64,000 bases of DNA from the NCBI GenBank assembly GCA_963836235.1, contig CAWIIP010000002.1, positions 672,001 to 736,000 of the forward strand. Reading direction: 5' to 3'. The position numbers were made by a program, and so were the translations under genes. How positions within the stretch are numbered: the stretch's first letter is position 1; each line of letters begins with the position of its first letter. Positions 35,570-45,079 of the stretch are shown piece by piece. Origin of the DNA: an uncultured Pseudomonadota bacterium. Its GTDB lineage: Bacteria; Oederibacteriota; Muellerivitia; Muellerivitales; Muellerivitaceae. Below the pieces are notes generated by a model. That model was given only the letters and a program-made list of their open reading frames with translations, was not told where the DNA came from and did not search any database.

Positions 35570-36676
35570 TTATGATAACTCACTTGCCTCAATTTGAAGT
35601 TGAGTTAAAACAGAAAGAATTATAGATTTTGGTATATTTTTTTGAATGGTAACAAGACCTATTTTTCTTGTCAATATAAATTGGACTTGTCCATTGCGCG
35701 CTTTCTTATCTAAAAACATCTTAAGATAAACTTTTTGCGGATCAAAGTAAGGGAGTTTATGAAGTAATTCAGCTTTTTTAAATAGCTCGATTTGCCTTTT
35801 CAAAACATTTCGCGAGCAAAAACCAAGCCGTAAAGAAAGCAAAGCCGCAAACCACATCCCATAAGTTATTGCTTCTCCATGGGTTAAAATTTGGTAATCG
35901 TAATAAGACTCAAGTGCATGTCCTAAGGTATGTCCATAATTTAACCATGCACGTTTACCTTGCTCTCCTTCGTCACGTGAAACAATATTAGCTTTGATTT
36001 CACAAGATTTCAAAATTAAATAATTCAATATTTTTTGATCTTTATTCAAAATTTTTTCGATTTTGTTTTCTATAAACCGGAACATATTTTCATCTTGAAT
36101 AACACTATATTTAATAACTTCGGCAAGACCCGTCTTAAATTGACGTTTGTCCAAAGTTGTAAGTACTGTTGGATCAATTAGCACAAGTCGAGGCTGATAA
36201 AATGTTCCTATTAAATTTTTTATGCCTTCAAAATCAATTGCTGTTTTCCCCCCTATACCAGCATCAACTTGGGCCAAAAAGGTTGTAGGACATTGTATAA
36301 AATCAATGCCTCTCATATAAATAGAGGCCGCCAAACCACCCAGATCACCAATCACACCTCCGCCCAATGCAAGCAAACAAGAATCTCTTTGAAAACCATT
36401 ATGTGCCAAAGTTTTTAAAATATAAAATAGCGAATTCTCATTTTTATACTGTTCTCCATCTGAAATACAAATTGGCACTGCTTGCAACCCAACCTTTTTA
36501 AAGCTTTCAATAAATATTTTCCCTTTGCTTTTAATCACAAAAGGATTTGATAATATTGCAATTTTTTTTGATCGAACAATTTTTTTAACTGCCAGTCCAC
36601 ATTTATTCAAAATATTATTTTGAATAACGACCTCGTAACTTCTACTGCCTAAGTTTACCTTAATTATCTTGCGCAA
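35570..36676 (-). CDS. aroB: 3-dehydroquinate synthase
   Basis: DGEQYK, GGGVIGD, PTT, GGKT, LNYGHTLGHALE, HGEA. Confidence 0.95.
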   Translation of the reverse strand: MRKIIKVNLGSRSYEVVIQNNILNKCGLAVKKIVRSKKIAILSNPFVIKSKGKIFIESFKKVGLQAVPICISDGEQYKNENSLFYILKTLAHNGFQRDSCLLALGGGVIGDLGGLAASIYMRGIDFIQCPTTFLAQVDAGIGGKTAIDFEGIKNLIGTFYQPRLVLIDPTVLTTLDKRQFKTGLAEVIKYSVIQDENMFRFIENKIEKILNKDQKILNYLILKSCEIKANIVSRDEGEQGKRAWLNYGHTLGHALESYYDYQILTHGEAITYGMWFAALLSLRLGFCSRNVLKRQIELFKKAELLHKLPYFDPQKVYLKMFLDKKARNGQVQFILTRKIGLVTIQKNIPKSIILSVLTQLQIEASELS

Positions 36677-37268
36677 TATTTGTATCCATTTTTCTTGAAT
36701 GAATTTTTCGATGCCAAAAAAGGTTCTTCTTGTCAGATAACGTCTTTTTAAAATTAAAGGTTTAATTTTCAACTCTTAATTAATACGGAAACCTCAAGAA
36801 ACTGTCTGATTGATTTTGAAGTACCACGCTCAAGGCTAAGGTAAATAGCTGAATTTTTACCCGGATATTATTTGCAACAATACCTTGTGTAATTGATTCA
36901 AAACCTTTTTGCAATCCAGCTGCCAATTTTAAAAACAACAAAATTATTTTTACTAAGAATACATCTCGCTTCCATTTCAAAAGTATTTGAAATTGTGTCG
37001 ATCTCGGATTTTCGAAACAACGTTTACGTTCTATTCGGCTACGGAGATCTCAGTAAAAACGGTTAAACGAAATCAAAAAGAATTAAAGATAAATCCTACT
37101 TGATAAATTTTAAAACAATTTTATATCTACAGAAAGCCAAAGTTTCATTTGTTTCCTTCAACGTCTAGCTTTTACACTCTGATGCTCATACTGTATTAAT
37201 CTCAAAATTTTGTTTCCTTACCCCGGAACGCTTTTGTCTCATTTTGGGAAACGAGATTTAAGAGCTTT

Positions 37269-37817
37269 TCAAAAATCACTGCATAAATTAAAGGGACAAT
37301 CTTTTTTTAAAACATCAATAATTTCAATAGCAATATCTTTTGGATTCTTGCGATTCGTATCAAAACTAGCTTGAGCGAGTGAATAAAACGGGATTCTCTC
37401 TTTTAACAAAATATCTAAATATTCAATCGGATTTTTCGACTTTGACAACAACGGCCTTTTCTCTAAATGACTTGAAACTCTTTGCCATATATTTTCAGGA
37501 GAAACTTTAAGCCAAATACACCAACCTAATTTCAAGAGACTTTCTCGATTATTTTTATCAACCCAAGTTCCGCCACCCGTCGAAACGACATATTTTTTTT
37601 TTCCAATAAGCCACTTAATGGCATCTTCTTCTTGTTGGCGAAAAAACTCTTCTCCTTTCTTTTCGAAAATTTCAGGTATCTTTTCCCCATTTTTTTCTTC
37701 TATCCAACTGTCAACATCCCAAAAATCGTAATTTAAAATTTTCGACAATTCTTTTCCCGTTGATGTTTTGCCGGATCCCATAAAACCAACAAGAACAATA
37801 TTTGGAGGTAACGCCAT
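37269..37817 (-). CDS. aroK: Shikimate kinase
   Basis: GFMGSGKTS, GEEFFR, STGGG, RPLL. Confidence 0.95.
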   Translation of the reverse strand: MALPPNIVLVGFMGSGKTSTGKELSKILNYDFWDVDSWIEEKNGEKIPEIFEKKGEEFFRQQEEDAIKWLIGKKKYVVSTGGGTWVDKNNRESLLKLGWCIWLKVSPENIWQRVSSHLEKRPLLSKSKNPIEYLDILLKERIPFYSLAQASFDTNRKNPKDIAIEIIDVLKKDCPFNLCSDF

Positions 37818-37824
37818 TTGGGGA

Positions 37825-38988
37825 TTAATACGTTTTAATGTGTTTCAAATACATGTTATACCGTTCCCTGATTTCTTTCATGAAATCGCCACCTATTTTT
37901 TCCAAAAAAGCTTCCAAAATCACCCAAGCGCAAAGCGCCTCTCCAATTACTGCGGCTGCCGGCAGAGCACAAACATCCGAACGTTCATATGCAGCCTTAA
38001 TTTCTTTTTTTGTTTCAATGTTAACAGAGCGAAGCGGTTTTCGAAGGGTCGATATTGGTTTTTTTGCCACCCGCACAATAATAGGTTCCCCATTACTCAT
38101 CCCTCCCTCAATTCCTCCGGCCTTATTTGATAAATGAAAAAAACCTTTAGTCTTGTTATAGGCAATTTCATCATGTACTTCTGATCCGAATAAACCCGAA
38201 TTTCGAAAACCTTCTCCAATTTCAACACCTTTGATTGCTTGTAAACTCAATAAGGAATGCGCTAATCGCCCATCTAGTTTCCTGTCCCACTGAACGTGGC
38301 TTCCGAGTCCGATGGGTACTCCAGTTACAATTACTTCAAAGATTCCCCCTAAAGTATCGCCTTTTAGCTTCGCTGCTTCAATAAGCGCCATTGCCTTTTT
38401 TTCGGCTTTTTTTTCTAACATTCGAACTGGGGATTTATCTGCCTCTTTATTGAGATTGTCATAGTTTAAAATTTTATGGTTTGATGAGGAAGAGCCTAAT
38501 TGCCTAACATGACTTTGAACAAAGATATTGAAGGAAGTCAAAAATATTTTAGCAACTGCACCCCCAGCAACCCTAGCCGTTGTTTCCCTTGCACTTGCTC
38601 TTTCCAATATGTTCCTCAAATCCCTTTGATTATATTTAATTCCACCTGGTAAGTCTGCGTGACCAGGTCGCGGCCGTTGAAGAGGATTTCCTTTTTTCTC
38701 GTTCGAAAAATCAGGTGACATAACTCTTTCCCAATTTTCATAATCCTTATTTTTTATGAAAAGGGCGATGGGTGATCCTAAAGTTTCTCCATTTCGAATT
38801 CCGGAGACAATTTCCACCTGATCATTTTCAATAAGCATACGGCCTCCCCGACCATATCCTCGCTGTCGTCGGGCCAATTCCGTATTAATTTCAGCGGCTG
38901 ATATGATCAATCCAGCGGGAAAACCTTCCAAAATAACCACTATCCCTTTTCCGTGCGACTCACCCGCCGTCAGAAAACGTATACTCAC
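37825..38988 (-). CDS. aroC: Chorismate synthase
   Basis: TAGESHG, RPGHAD, ERASARET, GGMSNG, ERSD. Confidence 0.97.
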   Translation of the reverse strand: MSIRFLTAGESHGKGIVVILEGFPAGLIISAAEINTELARRQRGYGRGGRMLIENDQVEIVSGIRNGETLGSPIALFIKNKDYENWERVMSPDFSNEKKGNPLQRPRPGHADLPGGIKYNQRDLRNILERASARETTARVAGGAVAKIFLTSFNIFVQSHVRQLGSSSSNHKILNYDNLNKEADKSPVRMLEKKAEKKAMALIEAAKLKGDTLGGIFEVIVTGVPIGLGSHVQWDRKLDGRLAHSLLSLQAIKGVEIGEGFRNSGLFGSEVHDEIAYNKTKGFFHLSNKAGGIEGGMSNGEPIIVRVAKKPISTLRKPLRSVNIETKKEIKAAYERSDVCALPAAAVIGEALCAWVILEAFLEKIGGDFMKEIRERYNMYLKHIKTY

Positions 38989-39071
38989 TGTTGAATACTC
39001 CAATTAGGTTGGATTGTTTATTGATACATTTTTAAAAAAGGCCTTTAAAAAGTACCTTTTAAATTTAATTT

Positions 39072-41450
39072 TTAATCTTCTAACAAGGTGGGCGTAACAA
39101 AAATAACAAGTTCTTCATGTTGATCACTCTTGGAATGCACTTGAAAAAGGCTTCCAATGATAGGCAGACTTGATAAAAGGGGCAAACCATCCACTTCCTC
39201 TTGCACAACCTCTCTGACAAGACCACCAATTACGATTGTTTCTCCATTCTTCGTCGTAATGGTTGTTGTCGCCGTTTGAACATTTGTAGGAGGTGGTGCA
39301 CCCGGCGCAGCGGGTCCGGATGGAGTTGTAATAGAAGCTGAAATCACCGTAGTTATTTTTCCATCATCAGTTATGCGTGGAAGCACTTTAAGATCAATCG
39401 GAAGCGCCACTTGAAGATATGTGGTTGTTGTTTGAAAACCCACATTAGGAACAGCGATCTCAGTTGTCGATGGAACAATAACATTTTCAGTTTCATTTAT
39501 TTCCGCTGCAATTCCACTCTGAGTAGAAACTCGGGGTCGTGAAATTACCTTTCCTTTTTTATGAGTGATTAAAGCTTGAATACTAGCCGAAATGTCCATG
39601 CCACTTCTGACCGTCCCAAAACTTAATACTCCAGGAGCCCCATTTGTTCCTGTCGGCGGAAGATCAAGACCGGCAGAAAATGTAGGGTCTCCAGTCCCCC
39701 TATTAGCAGACCAAATAACACCCATAGCCGAATCATTCTCATCATCAATTTCAACGATATTGGATTCAATCAAAACCTGTTCTGGCTTAATATCTAACTC
39801 ATTAATTAATTCTAAGAGAACACCCATATTAGTTGCGGTTTCCCAAATAATTAATTGCTGCTTATCTGCTTTCACTTGAATCTTTCCAACAGGCGTCAGG
39901 TAAGGTGTTAATATCGGGCTCATTTGTGCTGCCGTGGCATAGTTCAACTTTACCACCCTGATAATCCGATCACCACTTGAGCCAACATCCAGCTTTAAAT
40001 CCTTTATTGCCATTTTATATTCTTCGATATCCGAAGTCGTCCCAGTCAAGACAATAACATTTCGAGTGGTATCAAAAAAAGTGCTTGAAGCGTTGGATGC
40101 CGGAAGAATAGACCTCACTAAAGTATCAAATTGGTTTGGTAACATACCATTTGAGGGAGTTATGATTTCAGTGATGTGCGGCAAAATTAATTTTGTGCTT
40201 TTGAGGGTGGCTTGTGGACCAACTCGAAGAGTATTCCCTTGTAAATCATAATCATAATTACCCGAAACCAATAAATCAGAAAGTGCAGTTTTGAAGGGAA
40301 TGTCTTTAAATTTTTCTGAAACAGTACCTGTTAAAGGCCCTCCAACAAAATTCACCTCAAAACCAGCTTCCCCCGCAAGAGTTTTAATCACCGCATTAAG
40401 GTCAGCACTTTCAAGGTCAAGTGAAATAAGTTGGTTGAGATTTCCCTTTTTTGTTTCCTGTTTTTGAATAACTGGCGGAGCCGACAACGTCAGTACCACT
40501 TGATTCAAATCACGATCTATTTGGTTAACGGTCCCAGGAAGAAGAGTCAGCAAAACCTCTGAAATTGGAGAAAAAACAGGGCCAATTTGTCGACACTCCA
40601 GGGAAAGTAACCCACTTTTTTGTATTCCAATTTCATCCATTCTTAACTTTTTCACCTTGTCTTCGATTTCCAATTTAGTGTTTTGAAACCGAATCACTAA
40701 TTTTTCAGGTTGAGATAATTTTCTAATTGTGTATTTTGAGGGGCCATCAGAGGTCAAAACCACTTTAATACAATTTCCAAGCGGCTTTAACGAAACATCA
40801 ACAAGCCTGGAAAATAGCCCCTTTTCATCGGTGGCATTAGTCACCGGTAAAACCGTTCCAGAAGCATTTTGATTACTTTGGCTTGATTCCGGATTTAACA
40901 ATAAGGTAAAACCAAGGTCTGATTTTTCTAAAACAAAATTTTTGATGCCTTTGCCATCAAAAACAAGCCATGCAGTTCCTTCATGGATTGACGAGCGAAC
41001 GTCCGTCACAAAAAAAATAGCCCCCCTTATTTTGGGCGGAATATTTAACTTTGTTTTTAAAAACTTTAACAAGATTTTCCCGCTCGATATTTTTTGAGCA
41101 AGCGGTTTTGGAAGGTCATCTCCTTCAATTGAAACCTTAGCCCCCTGCCCCTCTTTCGAAAAGTTCACTCCATTAATTACGCTCGAACCAGCTTTTCTTG
41201 TTTTCTCAGAAGTTTTCGTTTCAACTATCCCTGACCCATTAATCGAGCTGATCGCCGAAGTTATTCCATTTTCACTTGTTGCGTTTTTAGAGTTCGATAA
41301 ATTCTTTTCGGAAGAAATACCGTTTGTGGTTGTTGCCGCACCGGCGCTCAAATCAATATCGATGTCGTCAGCCTGTGAAATACAATTGCTTAATAACAAT
41401 ATTCCGAATCCCAAAAAGCATCTGTTCAAGTGCGAACAAAATCGTCGCAT
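39072..41450 (-). CDS. pilQ: Type IV pilus secretin with AMIN-like N-terminal domains
   Basis: Signal peptide, QVLIESNIVE, GETIVIGGL, PLLSSLPIIGSLF, LVIFVTP; follows pilMNOP. Confidence 0.9.
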   Translation of the reverse strand: MRRFCSHLNRCFLGFGILLLSNCISQADDIDIDLSAGAATTTNGISSEKNLSNSKNATSENGITSAISSINGSGIVETKTSEKTRKAGSSVINGVNFSKEGQGAKVSIEGDDLPKPLAQKISSGKILLKFLKTKLNIPPKIRGAIFFVTDVRSSIHEGTAWLVFDGKGIKNFVLEKSDLGFTLLLNPESSQSNQNASGTVLPVTNATDEKGLFSRLVDVSLKPLGNCIKVVLTSDGPSKYTIRKLSQPEKLVIRFQNTKLEIEDKVKKLRMDEIGIQKSGLLSLECRQIGPVFSPISEVLLTLLPGTVNQIDRDLNQVVLTLSAPPVIQKQETKKGNLNQLISLDLESADLNAVIKTLAGEAGFEVNFVGGPLTGTVSEKFKDIPFKTALSDLLVSGNYDYDLQGNTLRVGPQATLKSTKLILPHITEIITPSNGMLPNQFDTLVRSILPASNASSTFFDTTRNVIVLTGTTSDIEEYKMAIKDLKLDVGSSGDRIIRVVKLNYATAAQMSPILTPYLTPVGKIQVKADKQQLIIWETATNMGVLLELINELDIKPEQVLIESNIVEIDDENDSAMGVIWSANRGTGDPTFSAGLDLPPTGTNGAPGVLSFGTVRSGMDISASIQALITHKKGKVISRPRVSTQSGIAAEINETENVIVPSTTEIAVPNVGFQTTTTYLQVALPIDLKVLPRITDDGKITTVISASITTPSGPAAPGAPPPTNVQTATTTITTKNGETIVIGGLVREVVQEEVDGLPLLSSLPIIGSLFQVHSKSDQHEELVIFVTPTLLED

Positions 41451-41466
41451 CTTAAAATCTCCTTTT

Positions 41467-41889
41467 TTATTTTCGCGGATAAACAATTTTTTGGTCACCT
41501 TGAATCAACGTTAATTCGATATCAGAAACGTCCCCTACCACGCCGTCGATTTCCACACCAGCATCGCTATACAATTTTCTATACTTTAAAGTGTACCGAA
41601 CGGCCTGATTTCCGCGCCAAGTGAATAAGCCCATCGGATTACCTTCCATGACTATAACACCATGATACTCTAAATCAGAAATCGAAATTTGCGGAGACCG
41701 ATTTACGTTGTCTAAAGGCCTAAACGGATCACGCCCATGATAAACCGGAATATAAGGTGGTTGAATAGAAAAATTGACAAAAACAGGTTCTGGCACGTCC
41801 TGTTGTTGAGCAAGATTAACAGAGGGAATAAAAATAAAAAATATAAAAAAAACATATTCAATATAAACTTTATTGCATTTTATTTTCAT
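41467..41889 (-). CDS. pilP: PilP-like pilus assembly protein
   Basis: RDPF motif; position between pilO and pilQ. Confidence 0.65.
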   Translation of the reverse strand: MKIKCNKVYIEYVFFIFFIFIPSVNLAQQQDVPEPVFVNFSIQPPYIPVYHGRDPFRPLDNVNRSPQISISDLEYHGVIVMEGNPMGLFTWRGNQAVRYTLKYRKLYSDAGVEIDGVVGDVSDIELTLIQGDQKIVYPRK

Positions 41890-42440
41890 TATTTAGCTTG
41901 AACTCCACTAACAATAATTTGAGTCGATAAAGATAAAGTTGGATCGTCTGAAGTTGTTGGCGTATACGGAGTTACTTTTAACCCGTGGGCCGTCATCAAT
42001 AAATTCGAAGTGCTAATTTGATAAAGAAAATTTATAAGCCCCTTAAAATCAGAATGAAATTGTATATTAATTGGTATTTCAGTATATGAATCTTTAGAGG
42101 ATGGAGGATTAATGGTAAAACTTGTCAGCATAACATTGGACCGACTTTGCAAAAAACTAATAGCTTCAATTAATTTTGTTCTTTCGATCGATTTTGGAAT
42201 TCTATTCTGAATCCATTCGAGTTCCCGCTGAATTGAATCCTCTCTTTTTTTAAATTCCACATATTTAGCCACGATCATTTTCGCTTCTTCTAAGTCTTTT
42301 TTTTCCCCATCCAGCTTGGTTTGAAGGACCGATATTTTATTATTAATGGGTTTTAACAAAAATTGATAATAAAGAAAAGCAAGGCCAAAAAAAGCGAATA
42401 TCCCCAAAATAATGTATTGCTGGAGCGGTGTTATTTTCAT
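41889..42440 (-). CDS. pilO: Type IV pilus assembly protein PilO
   Basis: TM, coiled coil, IP, YTEIPINI, F..LINFL. Confidence 0.85.
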   Translation of the reverse strand: MKITPLQQYIILGIFAFFGLAFLYYQFLLKPINNKISVLQTKLDGEKKDLEEAKMIVAKYVEFKKREDSIQRELEWIQNRIPKSIERTKLIEAISFLQSRSNVMLTSFTINPPSSKDSYTEIPINIQFHSDFKGLINFLYQISTSNLLMTAHGLKVTPYTPTTSDDPTLSLSTQIIVSGVQAK

Positions 42441-43000
42441 GCGCCTTGATCCGCCACTTTGAAATTAATCTGAAATTGATGGATCTTATTTTTTCCTACT
42501 GTCGCCATTGAACTTTTCGGGTCCACCGTCACTTCTTTAAGCAAACCACTTGGTCTCTGTAAATTTGAAACGTAGTTTTGAATTTTTTCTTCCGCAAAAG
42601 AATATCCTTGAACAGAAAATTCATTCGCATCTTTTCCCGATCCCTGAATGATATTAGTTAACCAGATTCCTTCGGGCAAATTAAGAGCCATTTGATCGAG
42701 CGCAACAAGAATTTCTCTTTGTGTTTCGGAGATACTTTTGATAGTTTTCTTAAAGGCATCCACACTCGCCTGTTTATTCTCCAAATCCTTAACTTCGTTT
42801 ATTTTGTCTTGATAACCCTCTGATTCTTTTTCAACTTCCTCTATTTTTTTGTTTAAATTGCCAGCAACACTCAATCTTTGCGCATATATGTAAGCCATTA
42901 TCAAAATGGCAACCGCAAATACAGTCGCCACAGAAAAAATAATTAAAATTTCTTTTCGCTTTTTTCTCTCTTTTACAGGAACCAAATTAATGGTGATCAT
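42437..43000 (-). CDS. pilN: Type IV pilus assembly protein PilN
   Basis: INLVP motif, TM, LPEGIWL. Confidence 0.9.
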   Translation of the reverse strand: MITINLVPVKERKKRKEILIIFSVATVFAVAILIMAYIYAQRLSVAGNLNKKIEEVEKESEGYQDKINEVKDLENKQASVDAFKKTIKSISETQREILVALDQMALNLPEGIWLTNIIQGSGKDANEFSVQGYSFAEEKIQNYVSNLQRPSGLLKEVTVDPKSSMATVGKNKIHQFQINFKVADQGA

Positions 43001-43003
43001 TCT

Positions 43004-44107
43004 TTAAGATTCCACTTGGCGTAAAGCCAATCCCAAACAAACTCCCATGTGATATTCTTTTTCAGTTAGTTGTTCTAAATCAATACCCTTTTGAGACTCA
43101 ACATTTCGAAAAGTTGAAAAGTATTCAACAGGAATGCCCAATTTATTAGCCAAAAATCGATTGACATTTTTCAGCCTCGCACTTCCTCCCAAAAGAATCA
43201 CTCTTTCAACCGTTTTTTTACGCGCCTGAGTCTCATAGTAATCAAATGATCGGCGAATCTCCCCCAAAAGTTTGTTCAGTACCGGGGTTATAACATCGGA
43301 CATCCTTAAAACCCGGTCATCTTTTTGAGAAACAGAAGATAGATTAAAATCATCCTCTTCCATGGAAATAGCCCCATGGGATTTTTTCAATTCTTCTGCT
43401 TCAGAAAACTTCAGATTAAACTCTTTTTGAATTTCTTTCGTAAAATCATTCCCGGCCACAGGGATATCTCTGGTAAATCTGGTATTGTTACCTTCGAGAA
43501 TATTTATAGTCGTTAAAGAAGCTCCCATGTTAAGCAAGGCTACAGTTTCTTCACTTGGTTCCAAACGATTAATTTCAAAAGCATTTTGCAATGCAAAAGC
43601 GTCTATGTCTATTACTGCCGGGGTCAGACCAGCCGACTTAAGCATTAGGATATGTTGATCTACCACGTCAACTTTCGCCGCCACTAACAAGACGTCCAAT
43701 TTTCGTTGTCCATCTTCTTGTGTTTCACCCAAAATTTGAAAATCAAGCACAACTTGATCGATGTTTAGTGGAATATATTGCTCCGCCTCTTTGGAAATTG
43801 CACTCCGAAGTTCTTCGACCGTCATAAAAGGAAGTTTTACATAACGAATAATAACCGAATCACCAGAAAGTGACGTTACTACTCTTTTATTTTTTATTCC
43901 GCTTTCCTTATACACACGCTTTATAGTTTCAATGATTACAGAACGTTGGACCTCTGAGTTTTTAAGTTCCAATGACTCTTTGTTTGGCATCTCCGACATT
44001 CCAATAGCTACCAACTGCCATTGTTTTCCGGAAAATTTAAGCTGAACAATTTTAACGCTGGATGTTCCTACATCTAAACCCACAATTGTTTTTGAAAAAA
44101 GACTCAT
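43004..44107 (-). CDS. pilM: Type IV pilus assembly protein PilM
   Basis: GLDVGTSSVK, EAEQYIP, VLLVAAK, GGSA, GLALR. Confidence 0.94.
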   Translation of the reverse strand: MSLFSKTIVGLDVGTSSVKIVQLKFSGKQWQLVAIGMSEMPNKESLELKNSEVQRSVIIETIKRVYKESGIKNKRVVTSLSGDSVIIRYVKLPFMTVEELRSAISKEAEQYIPLNIDQVVLDFQILGETQEDGQRKLDVLLVAAKVDVVDQHILMLKSAGLTPAVIDIDAFALQNAFEINRLEPSEETVALLNMGASLTTINILEGNNTRFTRDIPVAGNDFTKEIQKEFNLKFSEAEELKKSHGAISMEEDDFNLSSVSQKDDRVLRMSDVITPVLNKLLGEIRRSFDYYETQARKKTVERVILLGGSARLKNVNRFLANKLGIPVEYFSTFRNVESQKGIDLEQLTEKEYHMGVCLGLALRQVES

Positions 44108-44451
44108 GAAATCATTCTCACTGAGTTAATTTTGGATAAAAGTAAACGATCGAATTTTCTTTGGTCAAAAGGATCTAAAATTGGCGTTAATGATTTGATT
44201 ATCAAAGTTTCATCAAGGATATTTAAGAATAGAAATCCCGCAATCGAAATACTTGCAGTCTCGAAGAAAAAAAATTTGAGTGTTTTTAAATGACTTAATG
44301 GTTTTCTTGCCAAGAAGAAGCGAAAAAAAATTGGAATTCTATCTGTCCAACATAACAAAAACACATTCAAAAAATCATAAAGACAAAAAGCCATTGCAAT
44401 AGGAAGGAACAAAATTATCAGAGCGTAGATAAAATCACCCCAAAATTTTAT

Positions 44452-44494
44452 AAAAAAAATAAACAATGGGTGTAATAGCCACCCATTGTTTATT
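44452..44494 (-). terminator. Rho-independent terminator after pilA
   Basis: Perfect 15-bp stem AATAAACAATGGGTG/CACCCATTGTTTATT plus T run. Confidence 0.8.
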
Positions 44495-44511
44495 AAGCTT
44501 TTAAATTTTAC

Positions 44512-44967
44512 TTATTCAAACCCATAGAATGAATAAGGAATGCTCTTGGAATCCTGCACAGTGCTGTTCACATACACACTTCCAAAATTACTGTCATACA
44601 ACCACCCAGTATTACTGTCTATTGGAACCCCACTCATAACCGTCATACTGACTAAAGCTCCAGCCGGGCTGGAAGCTCCAGCAACGAAGGCTCCTGTTAC
44701 CTTAACCGGAGAGATATTGTCCAAATAGCGACTGAACGCATACCCGCTAAACGACTGTAAAGTCGTCGGCCAAATCCCTTGTTGGTCCCCATAATAAATA
44801 GAAGCTGCTGATTTCAAGCTTCCCAAGTTACCTTTGGTCGCCCCTTCTCTCGATTTTTCCAACATTTGGGCAAATCGGGGAATAGCAATGGCAGCCAAAA
44901 TACCGATAATCGCGACAACGATCATCAGTTCAATCAATGTAAAACCTTTTGCTTTCAAACGAATCAT
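44512..44967 (-). CDS. pilA: Major type IV pilin
   Basis: KG|FTLIELMIVVAIIGILAAIAIP class III signal; own promoter, GGGAGG RBS and terminator. Confidence 0.9.
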   Translation of the reverse strand: MIRLKAKGFTLIELMIVVAIIGILAAIAIPRFAQMLEKSREGATKGNLGSLKSAASIYYGDQQGIWPTTLQSFSGYAFSRYLDNISPVKVTGAFVAGASSPAGALVSMTVMSGVPIDSNTGWLYDSNFGSVYVNSTVQDSKSIPYSFYGFE

Positions 44968-45031
44968 AAAAACCTCCCTTTGAGTTGAGCTCAGTCTTAA
45001 ACTGCAAGACCCTTTGACTTAGCTCTTAGTC

Positions 45032-45060
45032 ATTTTATCGTTTTAAAAAGACCCTGTCAA
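45032..45060 (-). promoter_or_regulatory. sigma70 promoter for pilA
   Basis: TTGACA-N17-TAAAAT. Confidence 0.75.
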
Positions 45061-45079
45061 CTTATCCAAACTCAAAACC

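Noticed and set aside
36780-36980. 66-aa ORF in the aroK-aroB gap
   Set aside because: TTG start, no recognisable motif; probably a chance ORF
44104-44466. 120-aa Phe-rich ORF between pilA and pilM
   Set aside because: Starts inside the pilA terminator stem with no RBS, and its composition mirrors T-rich DNA; probably the pilM promoter region, though a gene cannot be fully excluded
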